A stretch of 64,000 nt of DNA from Desulfomicrobium sp. (GTDB lineage Bacteria; Desulfobacterota; Desulfovibrionia; Desulfovibrionales; Desulfomicrobiaceae). The notes under the pieces are model-generated. The model was not told where the DNA came from and ran no database searches. It worked only from the letters and a program-made list of their open reading frames with translations. Position 1 is the stretch's first letter, and each line of letters opens with the position of its first letter. This document shows positions 10,723-20,905 of this stretch, piece after piece. The position numbers were made by a program, and so were the translations under genes. The DNA is taken from positions 960,001 through 1,024,000 of the forward strand of contig JAXGMI010000001.1 in assembly GCA_040768745.1 (NCBI GenBank). Direction: 5' to 3'.

Positions 10723-11304
10723 CTATTCCGGATCGACGCGGAGGAGGTCCTCCTCGTTCAGGTCTTCCGGATATTCGCCTGAATCGAGATCGCAGAATCC
10801 GAATCCCACAGAACAAATGGGCAGACCCAGCAGTTCCACAAGACTGAGATGCCTGTCCATGGCCAGGGAAAAACCACAATCGCTGTCCGGGCAGTGCAAA
10901 ATGTCATTGACTTCTTCCCCGGAGGCATCGGTGTTGAAGAGTTGGACCAGGATTTCGGGATTGCCGCCCCGGCTCTTGATCTCGCTTTTGGCTTCAGCAT
11001 CGAAGGAAGGGGCCGGGGACTTGTAGGAGTCCAGGAGCTCGCCGTCCGAGTAGAGCCAGTACCGGAAAAGCTCCTCGTTCACGGCCTGCACGGCCAGGGC
11101 TGGGCAGCCGAAACAGCCGGACAGGTCTTGGGCCAAGTCGGTGATGATGCTGGCGTCGCCTTCATCGCTGTCCATTTCATAGACCGTAGTCAGTCCGTCC
11201 TCGGTTGGGGAAACAAAGGCCGAACGTCCCTGGTTGCCGAGTTCCTGCAGAATATCCTGCGCATTTGGGCCTTTGAGTGTGATGTTGGAGTACATGGTTC
11301 CCAT
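10723..11304 (-). CDS. Hypothetical acidic protein (about 193 aa)
   Basis: ATG at 11304 preceded by GAAGGAG; coherent ORF (MGTMYSNITLKG...) convergent with the radical SAM gene. Confidence 0.75.
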   Translation of the reverse strand: MGTMYSNITLKGPNAQDILQELGNQGRSAFVSPTEDGLTTVYEMDSDEGDASIITDLAQDLSGCFGCPALAVQAVNEELFRYWLYSDGELLDSYKSPAPSFDAEAKSEIKSRGGNPEILVQLFNTDASGEEVNDILHCPDSDCGFSLAMDRHLSLVELLGLPICSVGFGFCDLDSGEYPEDLNEEDLLRVDPE

Positions 11305-11590
11305 AAGGGCTCCTTCAAGCAGATTGGGGATCAAGATGCAAGCCTGTGCGAAGACAATGAAGGTCAGTCGATGCTGTCCTGAGGTGTAGCTACCCTTTGG
11401 CCTGCGTGTCTTGTCAAGTCCGAAAATGTGGAAAGGCCTGCGTCGAACCGGAAGGGTGATTTTCGCTCTTCGTGGGGCTTGAGAAAGCGAGAGGCTTCGC
11501 GTACCGCCAGATGACAGCCGCCGTGATGGGGCCGATGCGACACAGGAGAACATGCCGGGGCATGTTGGAGACATATTTTACGGAGGGTTC

Positions 11591-14086
11591 ATGAACGCAG
11601 TGAAGGCGCTCTGCGCCGGTGAAAGTGGCAAAGGTGTGGTCATTCAGGGGAACATGGCATTTGCCGTAGGCTGTGTCAGGGCAGGGATACATGCTGCCGA
11701 CGGGTATCCCGGGACGCCCAGCACAGAGGTCATCGACAAGGGCCTGTCCCAGGTCCAGGACATGATCACCGTGGGCTGGTCCGTGAACGAGGCCGTGGCC
11801 GCGGGCGTGGGCTTCGGCCACACCCTGGCCGGCAGCGACTGCGTGGTGACCATGAAGATCCCGGGCCTGTTCCAGGCCGCCGACGTCATCACCAGCGCCG
11901 CCTTCTACACCGGGCAGCGCGGCAGCCTCGTCTACTACATCGCCAGCGACTACACGCCCAGCTCCACCCAGCACCTGGTGGACCCTCGCTACGTGCTGAA
12001 GAGCTGTTGCGTGCCGGTCTTCGAGCCGCGCAACCACCAGGAGATGCACGAGGCCGCGCGGATTGCCGCCGACCTGGGCCGTCGGTTCAACACCCCCGTG
12101 GCCGTCATCGCCTCGGGCGTGCTCTGCCACAGCGAAGGCTTGGTCCGGCTCATGGGCACGACCGTGCGCGAGAAGGCCCCCCTGCCCGAGAAAATGAGCG
12201 ACTTCATCACCCTGCCCAACCGGGCGCGCATGTTCCACGACCAGGTCCGCACCACGCGCATCCCGGCCCTGCGCCGGATGGTCGAGGACAGCCCCTTGAA
12301 TGCCTGGACCAAGGGCGACGGCTCCATCGGCATCATCACCCACGGCGTGAACACACTCTTCGTCGAGGAGGTCAAGTCCGCCACGGGCAAGAACATCGAC
12401 GTCCTGTCCCTGGGCTTCACCTACCCCCTGCCCATGGACCTCATCCGCCGCTTTTGCGAGAGCGTTACCGGCCCCGTCTTCGTCGTGGAGGACGGCTACC
12501 GCTTCATCCAGGAGAGCATCCTGGCCGAAGGTATCGCCGTTGAAGGCAAGGGCCAGGACGAGACCGTCACCGAATGGTCCCCGGCCCTCATCGCCGCCCG
12601 TCTGGGCCTGCCTGTGCGAGCCGGGAAGCCCGGCGCGGCCAGTCTGCCCCGACCGCCCATGATCTGCGCAGGCTGTCCGTACCGCCTGTTCGGCCAGATC
12701 GTCGGCAAGATGCGCTCCAAGGGCAAGCTGGAGGCAGTCTTCGGTGACATCGGCTGCAACACCCTGCTGCACTTCCTGAACGCCATGGACACGGCCCTGG
12801 CCATGGGCGCCAGCGAAGCCAAGCGCCTGGGCTACGTCCTGTCGCGGCCCGAGGCGGCGAGCAAGTGCCTGGCCGTGCTGGGCGACGGCACTGAGTGCCA
12901 CAGCGGCATGGACGCCACCCGTAACACCATTTTCCGCAATGTTCCGGGCGTGAAGGTCATCCTCAACAACAACTGGACGGCCATGACCGGAGGACAGCCC
13001 TCCCCCACGTCGCCCGCCAACCTGGCCGGCGACCCCAACGTATTCGACCTGAACGCAAGCCTGAAGGCCCACGGCGCACATGTTGTCGAGGTCAGCGGGT
13101 ATGACAAAAAGGCGTTGGAAAAGGCCCTCAAGAAAGCCCTGGCCGATGCCGAGGCCGGCACCTTCACCACCCTGGTGGTCACAGGTGTCTGCATCCGCAA
13201 GATGCCCAAGGACTCCTACGGCGTCAAAATGGCTGTGGACCCTGAGCTGTGCGTGCGCTGCGGCATGTGCCAGATCTGTCCCGGCATCGAGGCCGACGCC
13301 GAAGAACTGCCCTTCTTCAACAACATCTGCACGGGCTGCGTCAGCCAGAAGCAGGCCTGCGCCCAGATGTGCCCCAAGGGGGCCATCGCCCCGGCCAGGG
13401 ACCAGAGCGCCTGCGGTCTGACCAGCTGCCCCGACCTGCCCGTGCCGCCCGAAACCATCGATCTGCCGGCCGTGACCCGCGGCCTGCCGCCCTTTCTGTC
13501 CGTGGCCATCCGCGGCGTGGGCGGCCAGGGCAACCTCTTCTTCGGTCGCGTGCTGACCCAGCTGGCCTACCTGCTGGGCTACGACAAGCAGAACATCGTC
13601 AAGGGCGAGACCCACGGCATGGCCCAGATGGGCGGCCCCGTCATCAGCACCTTCGCCTGTGGCAGCGTCCATTCGCCGGTGCTCATGCCCGGCACCACCC
13701 AGTGCCTGGTCTGTATGGAACGCAGCGAAGTCTTCCGTCCCGGTTTCCTGGACATGCTCAGGCCCGGCGGTACGGTCATCCTGGCCGACACGGCCATCAT
13801 GCCCCCTCTCTTCAAGGCCGAGAACTACCCCTCGGTCCAGGCCGTGCGCCAGGCCCTGGAGGGGTACAAGGTCATCGATGTGGACGTCCTGAGTACGGCC
13901 CTGGGCCTGGGGGACCCCACAGGCCGCTGTGCCAACGTGGTCATGATCGGGGTCCTGAGCACCCTGTCCCCCTTCGACTCTTTCCCCATGGAGTACTGGC
14001 TGCAGGCCTTGAAGAACGTCAGCCCCAAGCCGGCCGTCTGGCAGGCCAACTACGCGGCCTTTCTGGCCGGGCAAAAACTCGGATAA
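11591..14086 (+). CDS. Fused indolepyruvate/2-oxoacid:ferredoxin oxidoreductase (IorA-IorB type)
   Basis: GYPGTPSTE, WSVNEAVA, PMICAGCP, GDIGC, Fe-S motifs (CVRCGMCQIC, CTGC...CAQMCP) and beta-subunit motifs GVGGQG and ETHGMAQMGG; GGAGG RBS. Confidence 0.9.
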   Translation: MNAVKALCAGESGKGVVIQGNMAFAVGCVRAGIHAADGYPGTPSTEVIDKGLSQVQDMITVGWSVNEAVAAGVGFGHTLAGSDCVVTMKIPGLFQAADVITSAAFYTGQRGSLVYYIASDYTPSSTQHLVDPRYVLKSCCVPVFEPRNHQEMHEAARIAADLGRRFNTPVAVIASGVLCHSEGLVRLMGTTVREKAPLPEKMSDFITLPNRARMFHDQVRTTRIPALRRMVEDSPLNAWTKGDGSIGIITHGVNTLFVEEVKSATGKNIDVLSLGFTYPLPMDLIRRFCESVTGPVFVVEDGYRFIQESILAEGIAVEGKGQDETVTEWSPALIAARLGLPVRAGKPGAASLPRPPMICAGCPYRLFGQIVGKMRSKGKLEAVFGDIGCNTLLHFLNAMDTALAMGASEAKRLGYVLSRPEAASKCLAVLGDGTECHSGMDATRNTIFRNVPGVKVILNNNWTAMTGGQPSPTSPANLAGDPNVFDLNASLKAHGAHVVEVSGYDKKALEKALKKALADAEAGTFTTLVVTGVCIRKMPKDSYGVKMAVDPELCVRCGMCQICPGIEADAEELPFFNNICTGCVSQKQACAQMCPKGAIAPARDQSACGLTSCPDLPVPPETIDLPAVTRGLPPFLSVAIRGVGGQGNLFFGRVLTQLAYLLGYDKQNIVKGETHGMAQMGGPVISTFACGSVHSPVLMPGTTQCLVCMERSEVFRPGFLDMLRPGGTVILADTAIMPPLFKAENYPSVQAVRQALEGYKVIDVDVLSTALGLGDPTGRCANVVMIGVLSTLSPFDSFPMEYWLQALKNVSPKPAVWQANYAAFLAGQKLG

Positions 14087-14097
14087 CAACGCATCAG

Positions 14098-14120
14098 GGC
14101 GGGCTTCGGCCCGCCTTTTT
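14098..14120 (+). terminator. Terminator-like hairpin between the oxidoreductase and acyl-CoA synthetase genes
   Basis: GGCGGGC-TTCG-GCCCGCC followed by TTTTT. Confidence 0.7.
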
Positions 14121-14138
14121 CATTTTCAGGGATGATCC

Positions 14139-16541
14139 ATGCACACGCCCGACTACATCGACTTCGAGGCCATCACGGCGCTCTTCCGCGTGGCCCACGC
14201 AGAAGGCCGCAACTTTCTCTACGAATACGAGGTCTACACTCTCCTGGCCCGTTCCGGGGCTGAGACCCCGCCCAGGGCGAGCCTGCTGGTGCGCGGCGCG
14301 CGGCCGTCCGACGAGGAACTGGCCGCCATGCCCGGCGACAAGGCGGTGCTCAAGATCGTCTCCCCGACCATCGTGCACAAGACCGAAGTCGGCGGGGTGC
14401 GCATCGTGCCCAAGACGCCCGACAGCGTGCGCTCGGCCCTGCGGCGTATGCTCTACGAGGTGCCCGAGAAGTACGCAGCCTGGATCGAGCGTCATCCTGA
14501 CGCCGCGCCGCCTTCCTATCGCGGGCTCACCGGGCAGGGGCTGGTGGCGGCCATCGGTCGGGACCTGAAGGGCGTGCTGCAGGTGCAGTTCATGCCGCCC
14601 GACTCCGACGCCTTCGGCAACGAGCTCATCGTCGGCCTGCGCCGCACGCGCGAGTTCGGCATGGTCCTCTCGGCCGGCCTGGGCGGCACGGACACGGAAC
14701 TCTACGCCCAGCGCTTCCGCAAGGGCCAGGCCATCGTGGCCGCGTCCACGGCCCTGACCGATGGCGAGGCCTTTTTCGAACTCTTCCGCCAGACCATCTC
14801 CTACAAAAAATTGGCCGGCCTGACCCGCGGCCAGCGGCGCATCGTTGGCGACGATCAGCTCATCGAGTGCTTCGAGAGCTTCATCGCCATGGCCAACTTC
14901 TATTCCCCGGAAAATCCCTACACGCCCTTCGTCATCGAGGAGCTCGAAATCAACCCCTTCGCCTTCACGGACTATCTCATGGTGCCCCTGGACGGCATGT
15001 GCCGCTTCTCCGTGCCCGGCAGCCGCCCCGCGGCGCGGCCCGTGGGCAAGATCGGCCACCTCCTGCACCCTGAGCGCATCGGCATCGTCGGCGTCTCGGC
15101 CATGCGCCGCAATTTCGGGCGCATCATCCTGGACAACGTCCTGGCCCAGGGATTTGGGCCCGAAAACGTGACCATCCTGCGCGAGGGCGGACCCGACGCG
15201 AGCGGCGTGGCCTGCGTGCCCGGCTTGGCCAGCCTGCCCCACAAGCTCGACCTGCTGGTGGTGGCTGTGAACGCGGCCCAGGTGCCGGATCTGGTGGAGG
15301 AGGTCATCGCGCGGGACGCGGCCCAGGCCGTCATGCTCATCCCCGGCGGCATGGGCGAGACCGAGGACAGCCGGGAGAGGGCGGCGCAGGTCATGGCCCG
15401 CATCGACGCGGCCCACGGCCAGGGCGACGGCGGGCCTGTGTTCCTGGGGGCCAACTGCATGGGCGTGGTCTCCAGGCCAGGGAGCTACGACACGTGGTTC
15501 ATCCCCGAGGAGAAGCTGCCCCGGGAGCGCGGCAAGCCGTACCGGCGGGCGGCCCTGGTCAGCCAGAGCGGGGCTTTCATGCTGCACCGCAGCAGCCAGT
15601 GTCCGGAGCTGGCCCCGGCCTACATGATCTCCATGGGCAACCAGACGGACCTGACCCTGGGCGACATGGTCAGCTATTTCAAGGACTCGGAGGAGGTCGA
15701 TGTCATTGCCGTCTACGCCGAGGGCTTCAACGACCTCGACGGCCTGGCCTTCTGCAAGGCCGTGCGCGGGGCTGTGCTGGGAGGCAAGGAGGTGGTTTTC
15801 TACAAGGCCGGCCGCACGCCCGAGGGCAAGTCCGCCACCAGCGGCCATACGGCCTCCCTGGCCGGAGACTACATGGTCTGCGAGAGCTGCGTGCGTCAGG
15901 CCGGGGCCATCGTGGCCCAGAACTTCAACCAGTTCCAGGACCTCTTCCTGCTGGCCGAAACCCTGCACGGCAAGAAGATCCGCGGCAACCGATTGGCGGC
16001 CTTGAGCGGGGCCGGCTTCGAGGCCGTGGGCATGGCCGACTCCATCCAGAGCGACGACTACGCCATGCAGCTGGCGCCCTTCGCGGCGGACACGGTCGAG
16101 AGGATCGGAGACGTGCTGCGGGATAAGCGCCTGGACAGGCTGGTCAGCATCGTCAATCCTCTGGACATCAACCCGGCGGCCGACGACGAGGCCCACGCCC
16201 GCATCGCGGCCATCCTGGCCGAAGACCCGGGCGTGGACGCGGTGGTCATGGGCCTGGATCCGCTCTCGCCGGCCATGCACACCCTGGCGGACACGGACGT
16301 GCCGGCCTTCGACCTGGGGGCCGCAGTCAGCATCGCGCGGCTGTTGCCCGAAGTGGCCGGGCAAAGCGACAAGCCCGTCATCGGCATCATCGACGGCGGC
16401 AGGTTGTACGACCCCCTGCGCGACGCGCTCATGGCCGGCGGCGTGCCGGTCTTCCCGGTCTGCGACCGGGCTGTGGCCGCCCTGGCCCAGTACATCCAGG
16501 CCCGGCTCTACGCCGACCTGCTGCGGGGCGGGCTGGGCTGA
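14139..16541 (+). CDS. Acetate/acyl-CoA ligase (ADP-forming) family, ATP-grasp domain N-terminal to CoA-binding and ligase domains
   Basis: KIVSPTIVHKTEVGGV, ELEINP, GANCMG, SQSGA and TSGHTASLAG (phospho-His) motifs. Confidence 0.9.
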   Translation: MHTPDYIDFEAITALFRVAHAEGRNFLYEYEVYTLLARSGAETPPRASLLVRGARPSDEELAAMPGDKAVLKIVSPTIVHKTEVGGVRIVPKTPDSVRSALRRMLYEVPEKYAAWIERHPDAAPPSYRGLTGQGLVAAIGRDLKGVLQVQFMPPDSDAFGNELIVGLRRTREFGMVLSAGLGGTDTELYAQRFRKGQAIVAASTALTDGEAFFELFRQTISYKKLAGLTRGQRRIVGDDQLIECFESFIAMANFYSPENPYTPFVIEELEINPFAFTDYLMVPLDGMCRFSVPGSRPAARPVGKIGHLLHPERIGIVGVSAMRRNFGRIILDNVLAQGFGPENVTILREGGPDASGVACVPGLASLPHKLDLLVVAVNAAQVPDLVEEVIARDAAQAVMLIPGGMGETEDSRERAAQVMARIDAAHGQGDGGPVFLGANCMGVVSRPGSYDTWFIPEEKLPRERGKPYRRAALVSQSGAFMLHRSSQCPELAPAYMISMGNQTDLTLGDMVSYFKDSEEVDVIAVYAEGFNDLDGLAFCKAVRGAVLGGKEVVFYKAGRTPEGKSATSGHTASLAGDYMVCESCVRQAGAIVAQNFNQFQDLFLLAETLHGKKIRGNRLAALSGAGFEAVGMADSIQSDDYAMQLAPFAADTVERIGDVLRDKRLDRLVSIVNPLDINPAADDEAHARIAAILAEDPGVDAVVMGLDPLSPAMHTLADTDVPAFDLGAAVSIARLLPEVAGQSDKPVIGIIDGGRLYDPLRDALMAGGVPVFPVCDRAVAALAQYIQARLYADLLRGGLG

Positions 16542-16581
16542 GGTTTACGAACGGAGCTGCCCAGTGAGTGCCGCGTTCAAC

Positions 16582-17727
16582 TCAGAAGTCCCAACGCTTT
16601 CTCCTGCACCAGTCGTACGATCTTATGCCATGCACCATTTCGGCCAGTACGTTTCCCCTCATTCGGAAGTAGCGTCCAAGGTTCGTCGGATTGATCATGT
16701 TCAGGCCGTATAGCAGCCAGCGCAGGCGGTTGGCTCCGCGCATTTCCGGCAGCACAAAGCCGCGAATGCGTTCGCGGTAGGCCGGGCCGGGATGGAAGCC
16801 ACGTTCCAACGCCTCGGCCACGGCTTCCCCCGCATACCAGCCTGTCAGGAGGGCGTAGAAGATCCCCTCGCCCAGGAGCGGGTCGGCATAGCCGCCGGCG
16901 TCTCCGGCCAGGAGGATGTTGCCGTGGGTTGGATTTTGCAGGGCGTTTCCATAGGGGATGGGGTGCCCGTGCAGGGGGTGGCTGCAGATGAGTCCTCGAG
17001 GGTCCGTTACACCCAGGATGCTCAGGAAATCGGCAAAAGCGTGCCTGAAATTCTCAGCATGCCTTCTCAAACCGCACAGGCCCAGGATCACTCCGTGCCG
17101 GCTGGGGAAGACCCAGCCGTATCCTGCCGGCAGGATTCCTGCGTGCAGTTCAGGTCGGTCCGTTGCATGCGGGATGGCCTCTTGCGGAGCGGTGATTTCA
17201 ACGGCTGTGGCCAGGTTTCTCATCCACCGCTCACGTGACAAGCCAAAGCATTTACGGATCGTGGAATTGACGCCGTCGGCGCCGATGACGAAACGGCCCC
17301 GAAAATGGCCGCGGTTCGTGCATAGCGTCCCGTCCGGGGAACAGTGCGAAACGTTGCAGTCTTGAATGACCTGGGCTCCTGACATGCGGGCCAAGTTCAG
17401 CAGGTGATTGTCGAACGCGGATCGACGGATGAGATGGAAGGGGTAGGCGAAGCGGCCCAAGGCAAGGGGATGGCCGCGATGGCAGACGCTATACCCATCG
17501 GTAACCGTGTCCACGGCCCCGGACTCGGTCAGGACTGTGGGCGTGCTTCCGTGTATCCGCTCCAGAAGGCGTATAGTTTTCCACGTCAGCAGTCCGCCGC
17601 AGAGCTTGGAGCGGGGAAAAGAGGCCTTGTCCATGAGCAGGACGTCAAAGCCCCGGCGGGCCAGGGTCAGGGCTGCGGTGCTGCCCGCCGGCCCGGCTCC
17701 GGCGATGACCACGTCTGCGAGTTGCAC
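16582..17727 (-). CDS. Geranylgeranyl reductase family FAD-dependent oxidoreductase
   Basis: GAGPAG, RSKLCGG, GADG, GYGWVFP and GDAGG...GEGI motifs; GTG start after GGAG. Confidence 0.88.
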   Translation of the reverse strand: MQLADVVIAGAGPAGSTAALTLARRGFDVLLMDKASFPRSKLCGGLLTWKTIRLLERIHGSTPTVLTESGAVDTVTDGYSVCHRGHPLALGRFAYPFHLIRRSAFDNHLLNLARMSGAQVIQDCNVSHCSPDGTLCTNRGHFRGRFVIGADGVNSTIRKCFGLSRERWMRNLATAVEITAPQEAIPHATDRPELHAGILPAGYGWVFPSRHGVILGLCGLRRHAENFRHAFADFLSILGVTDPRGLICSHPLHGHPIPYGNALQNPTHGNILLAGDAGGYADPLLGEGIFYALLTGWYAGEAVAEALERGFHPGPAYRERIRGFVLPEMRGANRLRWLLYGLNMINPTNLGRYFRMRGNVLAEMVHGIRSYDWCRRKRWDF

Positions 17728-17764
17728 TGCATCTTCTCCAGGCGTTTGTCTGCGAGTGTCAGGG

Positions 17765-19678
17765 TCAGTCCTCGACGATGGAGGACATGTCGGTTTCGAT
17801 TCCGGCTTCCCTCGCCTTGAGAACCCGGCGGACAATCTTGCCACTGCGGGTCCGGGGCAGCGTGTCCACGAATTCCACGGAGCGGATTACGGCCACGGGC
17901 CCAACCTCTTTGCGCATGTGGGCCTTGAGCATGCGGACAATCTCGTTACGGTCGTCCAGTACGGCGAACTCGGGTTGCAGCACAACAAAGGCCTTGGCTA
18001 CCTCACCCTTGATCTTGTCCGGAATGCCGATGACCGCCACGTCAGCCACGGCCTTGTGGGACAGAAAGGCGTTTTCCAATTCCACGTTGCCGATGCGGTG
18101 CCCGGCTATGTTCAACGCCTCGTCGGAACGGCCGTGAATCCAGATCAGTCCGTCCTCGTCCCGGGTGGCAATGTCTCCGGCCCAGTATTGCCCCGGTCCC
18201 AGGGGCCAGTAGGTGGATCTGAAGAGGTCGGGTTTGCGGTAAAGCCCCAGGAGCATGGATGGCCAGGGCTTGGTCACGACCAGATTGCCCTGCTCTCCTG
18301 TGCGGACTGGCTCGCCCTGGTCGTTGACCACATCTACCTCAATGCCGGGTAATGGTCGGTGTACGGATCCAGGCTTGAGAACCGAGACTGGGAAGGGGGA
18401 GATCATGCACCCGCCGGTTTCGGTTTGCCACCAGGTATCCAGGATAGGGCATTCGGAATGGCCAATATGCTTGTAGAACCACAGCCATGTGTCAGGGGAA
18501 ATGGGTTCTCCCACGCTGGCGAGAAGGCGCAAGGTGGAGAGGTCGTGCATGCGCGGATACTGGTTGCCGTAGCGCATGAGCATGCGGATCACCGTGGGTG
18601 CGGTATAGAGGATGGTTACGCCGTAGCGGGCCACGATGTCCCACATGCGGTCGGCCTGGGGATAGAGGGGATGTCCTTCGTACATGACCGTGGTTGTGCC
18701 GGCGATAAGCGGCCCATAGACCACATAGCTGTGCCCGGTGATCCAGCCCATGTCCCCGGTGCACCAGAAAATATCCGTGGGCTTGATGTCGAAAACCCAG
18801 TCCAGGGAGCGGTGCAAGCCAACCATGTATCCAGCGTGGCCGTGAACCACTCCCTTGGGTTCGCCAGTGGTGCCAGAGGTGTGCAGAATGAAGAGTGGAT
18901 CATCGGCTTCCATGATTTCCGTGGCCGCTTCGGGGCGCTCCTGGCGGACCAGCGCATCGTACCAGATGTCCCGGGCTTCGCTCATGTCTACGTCCAGCTT
19001 GGCCCGGTTGACCACGATGACGGTCTCTACACAGTCACACCCGCTGACAAGGGCTTCATCCACCGTGGACTTCAGGTTGACGATATGTCCATTGCGGTAA
19101 AATCCATCAGCCGTGATGACCACCTTGGCTTCGATCTCGGTGATGCGCTGCTTGAGGGCTTTGGCCGAGAAGCCGGCAAAGACCGCGCAATGCACAGCCC
19201 CGATTTTGGCGCAGGCGAGCATGGCCATCATGGTCTGCGGGATGAGAGGCATGTACAGGACGACCCGGTGCCCCTTGCCCACGCCCAATGAACGCATGGC
19301 ATTGGCCAGTTTGTTCACCTCGCGGTAGAGTTCATAATAGGTGAATTTTTTGGTATCCCCTGCCTCGCCTTCCCAGATGAGGGCGAGCTTGTTTTTGTTG
19401 CCCGTGGCGATATGGCGGTCCAGGGCGTTGTAGACAATGTTGCACTGTGAACCCTTGAACCATTGGTAATGCGGCGCGAGCGTGTCATCGAGGACAGTGT
19501 CCCATTTGCGGAACCAGTCCAGCTCCTGGGCGGCGTCCTCCCAGTAACCGATCTGGTCGGCTTTGGCCGAAGCCAGGGCCGTGGCGAATTCCTGTGGATT
19601 GACATTGGCTTCGATGACCAGTTGGGGCAGAGGCCGGAAGACGAGCTCTTCGGTGTAGGCCATGTAGGCTTCTTTCAT
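17765..19678 (-). CDS. acs: Acetyl-CoA synthetase (AMP-forming)
   Basis: [20 protein letters not shown] and [11 protein letters not shown] (acetylatable Lys); AAGGAG RBS. Confidence 0.9.
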   Translation of the reverse strand: MKEAYMAYTEELVFRPLPQLVIEANVNPQEFATALASAKADQIGYWEDAAQELDWFRKWDTVLDDTLAPHYQWFKGSQCNIVYNALDRHIATGNKNKLALIWEGEAGDTKKFTYYELYREVNKLANAMRSLGVGKGHRVVLYMPLIPQTMMAMLACAKIGAVHCAVFAGFSAKALKQRITEIEAKVVITADGFYRNGHIVNLKSTVDEALVSGCDCVETVIVVNRAKLDVDMSEARDIWYDALVRQERPEAATEIMEADDPLFILHTSGTTGEPKGVVHGHAGYMVGLHRSLDWVFDIKPTDIFWCTGDMGWITGHSYVVYGPLIAGTTTVMYEGHPLYPQADRMWDIVARYGVTILYTAPTVIRMLMRYGNQYPRMHDLSTLRLLASVGEPISPDTWLWFYKHIGHSECPILDTWWQTETGGCMISPFPVSVLKPGSVHRPLPGIEVDVVNDQGEPVRTGEQGNLVVTKPWPSMLLGLYRKPDLFRSTYWPLGPGQYWAGDIATRDEDGLIWIHGRSDEALNIAGHRIGNVELENAFLSHKAVADVAVIGIPDKIKGEVAKAFVVLQPEFAVLDDRNEIVRMLKAHMRKEVGPVAVIRSVEFVDTLPRTRSGKIVRRVLKAREAGIETDMSSIVED

Positions 19679-19730
19679 GGCGGTCTCCTTGCGCGGCGGG
19701 GTGCGTTTCGTGTCATGTACTCGTTTTCGT

Positions 19731-19781
19731 CGGTTGAGCGAAGGGTGTTCTCGGCTAATGGTCTGTCTTGGCTGGTGAGCG
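19731..19781 (-). promoter_or_regulatory. Three imperfect direct repeats at about 20-21 bp period, candidate LytTR binding sites for acs
   Basis: CGGTTGAGCG (19731), CGGCTAATGG (19752) and CTGGTGAGCG (19772) between the LytTR gene and acs. Confidence 0.5.
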
Positions 19782-19795
19782 ATGGACGCGGGGGT

Positions 19796-20653
19796 CTAGA
19801 GCTGCAAGATTTTCTTTAATTCACCGATGCGGCGTCGGCTGACAGGCAGTTCGATCTTTTTCCGACCGGCCGTGCGGAGCATGAAATTCCCCCCGGGCAT
19901 GGATGCGATTTCCGTGACCATGTCCAGATTGACTAAGTACTTGCGATGAACGCGACAGAAGCGGTGGGGACGAAGCCTGGTCTCCAGATTTTTCAGCCGG
20001 TAGGAGGTCAGGAAGCGGTCCTGAGCGGTGTGCACGAAACTGTAATCCTCGTAGGCCTCCACATAGACGATCTGCGTATAGGGAATCAGGATGTGTCGGC
20101 CATCCTGGTTCACGGACAGCTTTTCGATCTCCGGCGGTCGTTCCCGGTTCATGTCCCAGGCCTGGCGGAGGGCGTTGACGAATACTTCCTCCTCGTCCTC
20201 GCCCAGAGGCAGGTGCAGGGTCTCTTCGGGCACGATCTGGCGGCTGCGCAATGGCTGTGTCGGCGGGGCGGCAACCTTGCGGGGCAGAAGGGGGCGCAGT
20301 CTCTCAATAGTCCGCGCGAACCGGTTTGCGTTCACGGGCCAGAGCAGATAGTCGGCCGCTCCCAGCTCGAAGGCGGCAAAGGCCTGATCTTCTTCTTTGG
20401 CCAGGAAGACCAGGGCTGGAGGGTCGTCTCCCTGGGCCAGATGGCTGGCCAGCTCCATGCCGTTGACCCCATGGGGCAGCTCCGTGCCCATAAAAAAGAC
20501 ATCGTAGGGGATGAAGGACAGCAACTCCAGGGCTTCGAACGAGGATACCGCCTCTCCGAGTACGACGATGTCCTTGACAGGGGCAAGCATGTCCCGCAAT
20601 TGGGTCCGCACTCCGGGGTCCGGATGAAGAAGTAACGCTTTGAGTTTAGGCAT
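19796..20653 (-). CDS. LytTR-family regulator with atypical receiver domain
   Basis: C-terminal LytTR domain (FCRVHRKYLVN, LPVSRRR); receiver-like N-terminus lacks the phospho-Asp and Lys. Confidence 0.88.
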   Translation of the reverse strand: MPKLKALLLHPDPGVRTQLRDMLAPVKDIVVLGEAVSSFEALELLSFIPYDVFFMGTELPHGVNGMELASHLAQGDDPPALVFLAKEEDQAFAAFELGAADYLLWPVNANRFARTIERLRPLLPRKVAAPPTQPLRSRQIVPEETLHLPLGEDEEEVFVNALRQAWDMNRERPPEIEKLSVNQDGRHILIPYTQIVYVEAYEDYSFVHTAQDRFLTSYRLKNLETRLRPHRFCRVHRKYLVNLDMVTEIASMPGGNFMLRTAGRKKIELPVSRRRIGELKKILQL

Positions 20654-20905
20654 GGTCTGGCCTGGTCGCGGTCAACGGGATGACAATTCTCTATCCTTGA
20701 CGCGCCAAGACCTCAAGAGTCGAGCATGGGGAGGCGCGGCGGGGGTTCTCCGTGCCAGCCTGTGGAGGGCAGAGCCAGTCGCCGTTCTGGTTTCCGTCTG
20801 CATATCGCCCCCAGGTGGTCGGTTGGACATCGGCAGGGAAATCAAATATGGATAAACGCTTTTTATCCGCAATGCACGGAGCATTCAGCTTCTCCAACAG
20901 GAATT

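Noticed and set aside
11414..14089. 891-aa antisense ORF, and similar ones at 14094-16364, 20885-22783, 35565-37796, 42587-44476 and 60528-62729
   Set aside because: Shadow ORFs opposite well-supported genes, expected from high-GC codon bias; no recognisable motifs
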